The position numbers and the translations under genes were made by a program. A stretch of DNA of 64,000 bases from an uncultured Candidatus Saccharibacteria bacterium (GTDB lineage: Bacteria > Patescibacteriota > Minisyncoccia > Phycocordibacterales > PALSA-1337): positions 10,248 to 74,247 of the forward strand of contig CAYIYK010000003.1 of NCBI GenBank assembly GCA_964367745.1, written 5' to 3'. Below the pieces are notes generated by a model. The model was not told where the DNA came from and searched no databases. It saw nothing but the letters and a program-made list of their open reading frames with translations. Below, piece after piece: positions 11,139-20,724 of this stretch. Position 1 is the first letter of the stretch. Each line of letters begins with the position of its first letter.

Positions 11139-12881
11139 ATGAAAGAGTTTCGCTTTAAAGGAAGTGAGAAACTTCTAGCTACTATTCATGCTTTTTCGGC
11201 CACAGAAAAGGTAGTTTTCACTTTTTTAACTATTGTTGCTTTGATCAGTTCACTTTCACTAGCTTGGAAAGTTAATTCTCTATTCCTTATACCTGTACCA
11301 GCTCATGGCGGTTCATTCTCTGAAGGCATGGTTGGATTACCACGATCTATAAACCCTGTTTTGGCTTTTACAGAAACCGACAAGAATCTTTCAAACCTTA
11401 TATATTCTGGTCTAATGAAATTCAATGGAAATGAAATAGTAAAGGATATCGCTGAATCATGTACAGTATCTGAAGATGGTTTGGTCTATGATTTTAAAAT
11501 TGGAGATAATGTGCGATTCCACGATGGAACTCAACTAACAACTGACGATATAGAATTTACAATACAAAAAATACAAGACAATGAAATAAAGAGTCCAAAA
11601 TATGTTGATTGGGCGAGTGTAATAGTTAAAAAGATCAGTCCTACTGAAATACAATTTATACTAAGACAACCTTATGCACCTTTTCTTTCAAATACAACTA
11701 TAGGTATCATTCCAAAGAATATTTGGAAAAATCAAAGTTCAGAACAATTTATTTTTAATCAAAAAAACCTTGAACCTATAGGTTCTGGACCATATAAAGT
11801 GAATAATATTGTAAAGGATAAGGCTGGCACTCCTACTCAGTATTCCCTTTCTTCATTTAATAAATATCACAGTGGAGAAGCATATATTTCAAATATAAAT
11901 ATATTCTTCTATCAAAACGAGGATATGGCTATTGATGCATTCAAATCTGGAACAATACAAAACTTCGCAGGAGTCTCGCCTCAGAAGTCATATGAAATAT
12001 CTTCATCTACACAAAGTGTAAATATAATACACAATCCACTTCCTAGAATTTTTGGAGTATTTTTTAATCAAAATAATTCACCAGTATTGGCGAATAAAGA
12101 AGTGAGACAAGCTTTGAATATGGTAGTAGATAAAGATGCAATCATCGAAAAAGCACTTTATGGATATGCGGTAAATATCGATAGTCCAATACCACTAGAC
12201 GATGCAAGTAGTACAATCAAAAAAGAAAAACTAGATGTAGATAAAAATATTCAACTAGCAAAAGATCTATTATCAAAATCTGGTTGGGCAATAAATGAAA
12301 ATGGAATTCTTGAAAAAAAGACAAAAACAGTAAAACAAACTCTTGAACTATCTATATCAACCGCCGATTCTACAGATTTGAAACTGATTGCAGAAATGAT
12401 AAAGAAAAGTTGGGAAGAACTAGGAGCGAAGGTAACGGTCAAGGTTTATGAATTCGGAGATCTATCACAAAACATCATAAAAACTAGAAAATATGATGCA
12501 TTACTTTTTGGTGAAATAATAAATAAAGACCTAGATTTGTATGCATTCTGGCATTCATCACAAAGGAATTCTCCAGGATTGAATGTATCAATGTATGTAA
12601 ATAGTAAAGCAGACAAAATACTAGAGGATGCAAGGACATCATTTGATGACAAAGCGAGAGATACCCTTTATAAATCTTTCGAAGAAATAATAAAAGATGA
12701 TGTACCAGCAATATTCCTTTATTCCCCAGAATATCTATACATGATGTCAAAAGAGATAAATGGATACGACATGAAAACAATATCAAGCCCATCAGACAGA
12801 TTCTCAAATATAGACAAATGGTATATCAAGACAGACAAGGTATGGGAGATATTCGTCAAAAATACAAAAACAAATAAATAA
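11139..12881 (+). CDS. Family-5 (peptide/nickel, OppA/DppA-like) ABC-type solute-binding protein, TM-anchored. No permease or ATPase genes are adjacent.
   Basis: 580 aa. It has an N-terminal TM anchor and the SBP_bac_5-like layout (GSGPYKV, a long bilobed alpha/beta protein). Confidence 0.6.
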   Translation: MKEFRFKGSEKLLATIHAFSATEKVVFTFLTIVALISSLSLAWKVNSLFLIPVPAHGGSFSEGMVGLPRSINPVLAFTETDKNLSNLIYSGLMKFNGNEIVKDIAESCTVSEDGLVYDFKIGDNVRFHDGTQLTTDDIEFTIQKIQDNEIKSPKYVDWASVIVKKISPTEIQFILRQPYAPFLSNTTIGIIPKNIWKNQSSEQFIFNQKNLEPIGSGPYKVNNIVKDKAGTPTQYSLSSFNKYHSGEAYISNINIFFYQNEDMAIDAFKSGTIQNFAGVSPQKSYEISSSTQSVNIIHNPLPRIFGVFFNQNNSPVLANKEVRQALNMVVDKDAIIEKALYGYAVNIDSPIPLDDASSTIKKEKLDVDKNIQLAKDLLSKSGWAINENGILEKKTKTVKQTLELSISTADSTDLKLIAEMIKKSWEELGAKVTVKVYEFGDLSQNIIKTRKYDALLFGEIINKDLDLYAFWHSSQRNSPGLNVSMYVNSKADKILEDARTSFDDKARDTLYKSFEEIIKDDVPAIFLYSPEYLYMMSKEINGYDMKTISSPSDRFSNIDKWYIKTDKVWEIFVKNTKTNK

Positions 12882-12889
12882 TTAATAAA

Positions 12890-14791
12890 ATGGAAAACAC
12901 AAAAACAAATACAAACACAACAGCAAATACGAATGCGAACACAAATACAACTGCAAGTACAAACACGCATGCAGGAACTGGTCATGCCAGAGGTTCACAT
13001 TCAGGTCATAGTCCTAGACGACCCGTATCTAGATCACATGGAATGAGACCAGCTCGTCCACCTGATGCTACACAAATGCATAAAAAAGTTGAGGACACTG
13101 TCCCGGCTTTGGCTCCAAACTCTATCCGTATAATTCCGCTTGGAGGTGTGGAGGAAATTGGTAAGAACATGACTATGGTTGAATATGGAAACGATATAAT
13201 CATTATCGATATAGGTTTCCAATTCAAAGATGAGAATACTCCTGGAATCGATTATATTCTTCCGAACACAAAGTATCTTGAAGAAAGAAAGGATAAAATA
13301 AGAGCTGTGATAATAACTCACGGTCACCTAGACCACATAGGTGGTATTCCTTATGTAATGCCAAGAATTGGTAATCCACCACTATATACAAGAATGCTTA
13401 CTTCAGTAATGGTGAAAAAGCGTCAAGAAGAATTTACTCATGTTCCACCTCTAGATATAAAAATAGTGGAAAAAGACGAAACAATATCATTGGGTGCTTT
13501 GAAAGTGAAATTCTTCGCTGTAACTCACACTATTCCAGATGCTATGGGAGTTGTTATACAAACTCCATTTGGTTCAGTAGTACACACCGGTGACCTAAAA
13601 CTAGATCACGTAGAAGGAATACCAACTGAAGCAGAAGAAGCTGAATACGATAGGGTTTTCAAGAATGAAAAAGTATTACTTCTAATGGCTGATTCTACAA
13701 ACGTAGAAAATCCTGGTTTCTCAATGCCAGAAAAAACAGTTCATAAAAATATTGAAGAAATAATCAAGAATACAAAAGGTAGATTGATCATTGCAACATT
13801 CGCTTCCCTACTAGAAAGAATGCTAAAGATTATAGAATTCTCAGAAAAATATGGAAAGAAAGTGGTTGTGGAAGGACGAAGTATGAAAACAAATATCGAG
13901 ATTTGTATGAATCTTGGTCTTTTGAAACCTAAAAAAGATACTTTGATCACAGTTGAAGAAATAGATAACTTCCCTCCTGAGAGAATCGTAGTTCTAGCAA
14001 CTGGGGCTCAAGGCGATGAATTCGCAGCGATGATGAGAATGTCTAATAAGACTCACAAATATATTAAGATAAATAAAAGAGATACTATTCTTCTTTCTTC
14101 ATCTATCGTTCCAGGGAATGAAAGAGCAGTTCAAAAACTAAAAGACAATCTTTCAAGACAAGGAGCTAGTATTATTCACTACAGAATTGCTGATGTTCAC
14201 TCTTCAGGACATGCAAACCATGATGAAACAGCTTGGATACATAAGAAAATAAATGCCAAGTTCTTCATACCAGTTCACGGTTATCACTATATGTTGAGAG
14301 TGCACGGTGAAATAGCAAAAGAAACAAATGGACTAACTGAAGATCAAATAGTAATCCCTGACAATGGTTCTATCATCGAGATACAAGATGGTGGTGCAAA
14401 GATAGTTAAAATAAAAGAAAAGGCACCATCTGGTATCGTTATGGTTGATGGATTCTCAGTTGGAGATATACAGGATGTTGTTATACGTGATAGACAAATG
14501 CTTGCTCAAGACGGAATCTTCATTGTCTTTGCAATTATAAATTCTCAAACAGGTAAACTAAAGAAATCACCGGATATTATATCTAGAGGATTCGTTTATC
14601 TAAGAGAATCACAAGAACTTCTACATCACACAAGAATAATAATCAAAAATACAATTGATGAATCTACAAAAGGAATGAATCCTATAAACATAGACTTCGT
14701 CAAAACAAGTATTAGTGATAATGTAAGTAAATTCCTACTTCAAAAGACTGCTAAAAGACCTATAGTTATCCCAGTATTACTGACTATTTAA
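12890..14791 (+). CDS. rnj: Ribonuclease J (metallo-beta-lactamase / beta-CASP) with an N-terminal Thr/Asn-repeat disordered extension of about 75 aa
   Basis: IIPLGGVEEIGKNMTMVEYGNDIIIIDIGFQFKDENTPGIDYILP...AVIITHGHLDHIGGIPYV..., with the beta-CASP and C-terminal domains present. The N-terminus is TNTNTTANTNANTNTTASTNT. Confidence 0.9.
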   Translation: MENTKTNTNTTANTNANTNTTASTNTHAGTGHARGSHSGHSPRRPVSRSHGMRPARPPDATQMHKKVEDTVPALAPNSIRIIPLGGVEEIGKNMTMVEYGNDIIIIDIGFQFKDENTPGIDYILPNTKYLEERKDKIRAVIITHGHLDHIGGIPYVMPRIGNPPLYTRMLTSVMVKKRQEEFTHVPPLDIKIVEKDETISLGALKVKFFAVTHTIPDAMGVVIQTPFGSVVHTGDLKLDHVEGIPTEAEEAEYDRVFKNEKVLLLMADSTNVENPGFSMPEKTVHKNIEEIIKNTKGRLIIATFASLLERMLKIIEFSEKYGKKVVVEGRSMKTNIEICMNLGLLKPKKDTLITVEEIDNFPPERIVVLATGAQGDEFAAMMRMSNKTHKYIKINKRDTILLSSSIVPGNERAVQKLKDNLSRQGASIIHYRIADVHSSGHANHDETAWIHKKINAKFFIPVHGYHYMLRVHGEIAKETNGLTEDQIVIPDNGSIIEIQDGGAKIVKIKEKAPSGIVMVDGFSVGDIQDVVIRDRQMLAQDGIFIVFAIINSQTGKLKKSPDIISRGFVYLRESQELLHHTRIIIKNTIDESTKGMNPINIDFVKTSISDNVSKFLLQKTAKRPIVIPVLLTI

Positions 14792-14814
14792 ACTTGATGT
14801 TATAATTAACATCA

Positions 14815-15987
14815 ATGAAGCATCATCACAGTATAAAAAAAGCGAGTGCACTTTATAGTATAAGTGTAATCGCTTTTTTCCTTGCACTACATACAAGTAT
14901 TCCAACTTACTTTAACTCTAGCTTTCTATCAGGAATAACTGATGCAAAAACAGTGAGTATTGTATATTTGATAATATCTCTAACTACGATTGTGGGATTA
15001 TTATCTATGGATAGTGTTTTACATAGATTTGGTAATCTAAATACATCTATCGCTTTTATACTAGTTCAGATTTTTGTGTTCTACGGTTTGATAACATCAA
15101 CTTCCCCAAACACTTTGCTTTTCTTATTTATCATCGGTTCCAGTATGATTAGTTTAATTGGTTTTACTATCGATATTTTCCTCCAAAAAGGCACCGATTT
15201 AGGTCATACCGGAGGTATACGAGGTATGGTTATGACTGCGACAAATAGCGCATGGATACTTGGACCACTTCTTGGAGGTATGTTGGTTATTGGAAATAAT
15301 TATAAAGGAATATACATTGCTGGATTCGCTCTACTTTTCCCGCTTATATACTTGGTACATAGAAACTTCAAAGATTTTAAAGATTCACACTATGTTCAGG
15401 TCTCAGCCAGACAAACATTCCTAAAGATCCTTAGAGACAAAGACATCAGTAAGATCTTTATAATCAACATTGTATTGCAGACTTTTTATGCGTGGATGAT
15501 AGTCTATACCCCGATGTACCTTCATGAATATATAAAGTTTGATTGGAGTGAAATAAGTGTGATCTTTACTATAATGCTAATACCATTCGTACTTGTTCAA
15601 CTTCCTCTTGGTAAACTTGCTGATAAAAAGTGGGGTGAAAAAGAGTTGTTGGCAATCGGTTTTACAATCATTGGTATGACAACTGCGTCTTTAGTATTTT
15701 TTGATACAAAAAGCATTATGATTTGGTCTATCGCTCTTTTCTTAACACGTATTGGTGCGGCAACTGCAGAGATTATGATTGAGACTTATTTTTTCAAGAA
15801 AACTGATAAAAGAGATCCTGAAGTCTTGAGTATGTTTAGAATAACAAGACCATTGTCATATTTTATTGCGCCAATCATTACAACAGTCGGTCTTTCATAT
15901 ACAACTCAACCTTATTTATTTGTTATTTTAGGAGTTATCTGTCTATTGACCCTTTATCCTATTCTAAATATTAGAGATACGAACTAA
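14815..15987 (+). CDS. MFS-type transporter
   Basis: 390 aa with about 12 TM helices. An MFS-like loop motif (GKLADKKWGEK) lies between TM halves. Confidence 0.55.
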   Translation: MKHHHSIKKASALYSISVIAFFLALHTSIPTYFNSSFLSGITDAKTVSIVYLIISLTTIVGLLSMDSVLHRFGNLNTSIAFILVQIFVFYGLITSTSPNTLLFLFIIGSSMISLIGFTIDIFLQKGTDLGHTGGIRGMVMTATNSAWILGPLLGGMLVIGNNYKGIYIAGFALLFPLIYLVHRNFKDFKDSHYVQVSARQTFLKILRDKDISKIFIINIVLQTFYAWMIVYTPMYLHEYIKFDWSEISVIFTIMLIPFVLVQLPLGKLADKKWGEKELLAIGFTIIGMTTASLVFFDTKSIMIWSIALFLTRIGAATAEIMIETYFFKKTDKRDPEVLSMFRITRPLSYFIAPIITTVGLSYTTQPYLFVILGVICLLTLYPILNIRDTN

Positions 15988-16056
15988 TTTTTTTATCCTA
16001 TTTATTTTTTGCTTTCCCACCCAAACTCATATATAATTTCGCTACAAAATTATTAA

Positions 16057-17364
<1,308 letters not shown>

Positions 17365-17391
17365 TTATTTAAGATAAACAAAATAAAAAAT

Positions 17392-17426
17392 AACCTCCAG
17401 ATCTAGAATTTGGAGGTTATTTTTAT
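17392..17426 (+). terminator. Rho-independent terminator of eno
   Basis: An aacctcca ... tggaggtt stem with an 11-nt loop, followed by ATTTTTAT. Confidence 0.6.
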
Positions 17427-17760
17427 GATTTCGACACAAACATTACATTTGTGTTGGCGCTGCAGGTGCTGGTGCAGCTGGCTTTGGTGTCTTTGCCATA
17501 TTATTCAAGTCACAGGTTGATTAGCTCCTGTGTGTACAAATTATACCGTCGTTTCAAGTCACTTGACCTTTCCCTCATTTAGTTGACATTGAGTCAAAAC
17601 GTTGGGTAAAAAAGCTATATAAAATGGTACTTTTTAGGTGTGGTGTAATGATTGGTGATATTAGAACATTTAGATCAAGTTTTGGCTATATATATTAAAC
17701 TGGATATGCCATAATCTTCAAAAACTTGACAAGATTATCATGGTATGCTAAGCTGTTTGT

Positions 17761-17877
17761 TAGAAGATAGCTTTACACGTTGGGGGCTACTTTCGTCCAC
17801 AAGGACTATCCAACGGTGAGGAGTGAGAGAATCCAATAAACAACCGGCGCTAATTTCTCTCTGGGCGCCGGTTTTTT
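17761..17877 (+). ncRNA. Candidate small structured RNA of about 115 nt, with its own promoter (17726-17754) and terminator (17844-17877). Identity unknown.
   Basis: TTGACA(17726), then a 17-nt spacer, then TAAGCT. No ORF follows. An internal cgttgg...ccaacg stem encloses a gtcc-acaa-ggac hairpin. The terminal hairpin ccggcgc-N14-gcgccgg is followed by TTTTTT. The next gene is on the opposite strand. Confidence 0.3.
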
Positions 17878-17896
17878 CTTGCCTAAATCTTAAACA

Positions 17897-18610
17897 TTAT
17901 AACGCCTGCTCTACCCCACCCTCCATCAAATAATATCTCTTCAAAGGTTTTAGATTCTCATCTAGCTCATAGACTATCGGAACTGCATTCTTTATCTCAA
18001 TTCCAACTATCTCATCATCACTTACGTTATCTATATGCTTCACCATTGCTCTTATACTATTGTTACTTGCAGAAATTAGAACTCTTTTACCACTCTTTAT
18101 AGCTGGCACGATCTCTGATTCCCAATATGGCATTACTCTCTTGATAGTATCTTCTAGTGATTCACCTAGCGGCAATTCACTTTCTGACAGATCAGCATAC
18201 ATTGGATCATGTCCTGGATATCTAGGATCATCTTTTGTTAATTGAAGTGGCTTGTCACTAAAACTTCTTCTCCATTTGTGTACTTGTTCTGGTGAATACT
18301 TTGCACCAATATCAGCATGCTTTTGTCCCTGCAAAGCTCCATAATGTCTTTCATTTAATCTCCAAGAGTATTTTATTGGTAAATCATTTATACCAATTTC
18401 ATTTACTACAGTATTTAAAGTATCTTTTGCTCTTTTAAGAACTGAACAAAAGGCCAAATCAAAACCGAAACCTGCATTTTTTAGATTTTTACCTGCAACT
18501 TTGGCTTCCTCAACTCCCTTCTCTGTTAGATCAACGTCTGTCCAACCACAAAACATCTTTTCAATATTATAAACTGTCTGTCCGTGTCTTATTATTACTA
18601 ATTTATACAT
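17897..18610 (-). CDS. gpmA: 2,3-bisphosphoglycerate-dependent phosphoglycerate mutase
   Basis: MYKLVIIRHGQTVYNIEKMFCGWTDVDLTEKGVEEAKVAG..., containing the RHG phosphohistidine motif. 237 aa. Confidence 0.9.
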   Translation of the reverse strand: MYKLVIIRHGQTVYNIEKMFCGWTDVDLTEKGVEEAKVAGKNLKNAGFGFDLAFCSVLKRAKDTLNTVVNEIGINDLPIKYSWRLNERHYGALQGQKHADIGAKYSPEQVHKWRRSFSDKPLQLTKDDPRYPGHDPMYADLSESELPLGESLEDTIKRVMPYWESEIVPAIKSGKRVLISASNNSIRAMVKHIDNVSDDEIVGIEIKNAVPIVYELDENLKPLKRYYLMEGGVEQAL

Positions 18611-18641
18611 AGACCGATATTATACAGTAAACGATATTTTA

Positions 18642-19925
18642 TTAAAAGTTATTTTTATCTTCAGCTTTTTTAAACAAAGCTAGTACGATACTTACATATT
18701 TTACAAGGAGGATAATAGAGGTTACCCAGAATAAACCAAAACCTATACCCGCAAGGACGTCCGATAACCAATGCACGCCGAGATATACCCTACTGAATGC
18801 AGTAAGAATTATAGACAATACACACAGTACAACCAATATTTCTCTAACTATCATTGATTTTACTTTTACAATAAAGAAATATATAAGGAGGGTGAAGAAA
18901 ATCGTTGATGCAACAGCATGTCCACTTGGGAAGCTATATCCTTTTACTAGAATAAAAGCATTCTCAGGTCTAATCCTTGTAACTATGTTTTTTATTATAA
19001 AAGTGAATACATAACCACCACCTAGTGAGAATATTGATATTAAAGAATAATAATAATTCTTTTTATGAATCAAATAAGCAATCAATACCAAACTAATTCC
19101 AGTAATAAGTGTTGGACTAAATATATTCGTAAATATAAGCATAAAATCTCTCAACACTTCAGATGAATGGATAAAGAAGAAATTGTTTACAAAAACATCT
19201 AGTTCAAGCAGAAAAACTTTATCTGTAATTGCATCTTGTAGTGTTTTAAAGAATAAATAAAGTCCAAACAGATTGAAACCTAGAGTAATTAGTTCGTATT
19301 TTGCGAATATATGGAATTGTTTATTTATAAATCTATAACCCCACACTATCAATATACCAATCAAGACTGCTATGAAAATATACTTACCCAATACCTTTGA
19401 CATTATGTGATAGCTAGCACCAAAAACATAACCTAGTAGGACTGATGTAATTGACCAGATAAAAACACCAATAAAATCCCAAATCCAGAATATTTTTGTA
19501 TGTATTCCACTCGCGCCGAGCATAAATGGTGTAAGTGTTCTTGTAATAGGGTTATACTTTCCGAAAATTATTGCTTTTGCTTTATGTTCCTTTACAAGTT
19601 TTAAGATTTTATCTAGATATTCCTTCTTAACAAAAAAATATGGACCTAATTTCTCTAGAAGAGATATACCGTACTTTTTTCCCAAAATAAAACCAATAAT
19701 ATCTCCTAGTAAAGCCCCAATACTTACTACAGGTATGACCACAAACAAATTTAATATACCTAATTTTGATAAGAAACCTGAAATAATTACAATAGTGTGT
19801 CCTGGAACGAATTGTCCAATTATTGGTATACCTTCTACAATGGTTATTAAGAAAAGAAGTAGGTAACCACCGTTTTCAACTATAGTCTGTAAGTTACTAG
19901 ATACTGAGTGAAGAAAATTATACAT
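18642..19925 (-). CDS. Fusion protein: N-terminal DedA/SNARE-associated (PF09335) membrane domain plus C-terminal PAP2 phosphatase (BcrC/PgpB-like undecaprenyl-diphosphatase family)
   Basis: N-terminus: LLLFLITIVEGIPIIGQFVPGHTIVIISGFL...GKYNPITRTLTPFMLG, the DedA core. C-terminus: KGYSFPSGHAVASTIFF...SRVYLGVHWLSDVLAG, which carries the PAP2 motifs (PSGH and SRxxxxxHxxxD). Confidence 0.65.
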   Translation of the reverse strand: MYNFLHSVSSNLQTIVENGGYLLLFLITIVEGIPIIGQFVPGHTIVIISGFLSKLGILNLFVVIPVVSIGALLGDIIGFILGKKYGISLLEKLGPYFFVKKEYLDKILKLVKEHKAKAIIFGKYNPITRTLTPFMLGASGIHTKIFWIWDFIGVFIWSITSVLLGYVFGASYHIMSKVLGKYIFIAVLIGILIVWGYRFINKQFHIFAKYELITLGFNLFGLYLFFKTLQDAITDKVFLLELDVFVNNFFFIHSSEVLRDFMLIFTNIFSPTLITGISLVLIAYLIHKKNYYYSLISIFSLGGGYVFTFIIKNIVTRIRPENAFILVKGYSFPSGHAVASTIFFTLLIYFFIVKVKSMIVREILVVLCVLSIILTAFSRVYLGVHWLSDVLAGIGFGLFWVTSIILLVKYVSIVLALFKKAEDKNNF

Positions 19926-20055
19926 AGATTAGGTATTTAATAATTATAACACAAACGAGATAAATTCCTGATAAAATTTTTATAATAGATTTCCACAAAT
20001 AAATTTGATTTAGAGCCATAATTATTCAATAATCAAATCATAAAAATACAATATT

Positions 20056-20724
20056 ATGAAAATCCTGATTATTGAAGACGATGTAGATATTTCCAGTTTC
20101 ATAAAGGACAATCTTACAGAGAGTACATATTCAGTTGAAGTCGCAAAGGATGGACCTGATGGATCATTTCTGGCCAGAACAAATTATCACGATGTTATCA
20201 TAATGGATTATTCACTTCCTTCAAAAGACGGAGTTTTGGTTTGTGAAGAGATAAGATCATCAGGTGTTGAAACACCCATAATATTCCTAACCGTACATAC
20301 AGACGTCAAAAAGAAGGTTAAAGCATTAGAAAAAGGTGCGGATGACTATATGACTAAACCTTTCTCTATCGAAGAGTTAAAAGCGAGGATACAAGCTCTA
20401 GTGCGTAGACCTAGGAAAATCGAAAGTCCTGTACTGATAGTTGGAGACCTAGTTTTGGATACACACAAAAGAACAGTTAGAAGAGGTGAAACACCTATTT
20501 ATCTAACTAGAAAGACTTATGATCTATTGGAATATCTTATGAGGAATAAAGGTATAGTGCTTTCAAGGGGATCTATAATGGAATATGTATGGAACTCAGA
20601 TAGTGATCCATTCTCAAATACCATAGAAGCACATATCCTAAACCTCAGAAAGAAAATCAATGTTAGAGGTAAAAAGGATATACTAAAGAATATTCCAGGT
20701 AGAGGTTATATTATGGGGTCCTAA
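20056..20724 (+). CDS. OmpR-family response regulator (receiver plus winged-helix). It is an orphan: no histidine kinase gene is adjacent.
   Basis: MKILIIEDDVDISSFIKDNL...DVIIMDYSLPSKDG...GADDYMTKPFSIEELKARIQALVRR...LTRKTYDLLEYLMRNKGIVLSR... Confidence 0.8.
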   Translation: MKILIIEDDVDISSFIKDNLTESTYSVEVAKDGPDGSFLARTNYHDVIIMDYSLPSKDGVLVCEEIRSSGVETPIIFLTVHTDVKKKVKALEKGADDYMTKPFSIEELKARIQALVRRPRKIESPVLIVGDLVLDTHKRTVRRGETPIYLTRKTYDLLEYLMRNKGIVLSRGSIMEYVWNSDSDPFSNTIEAHILNLRKKINVRGKKDILKNIPGRGYIMGS

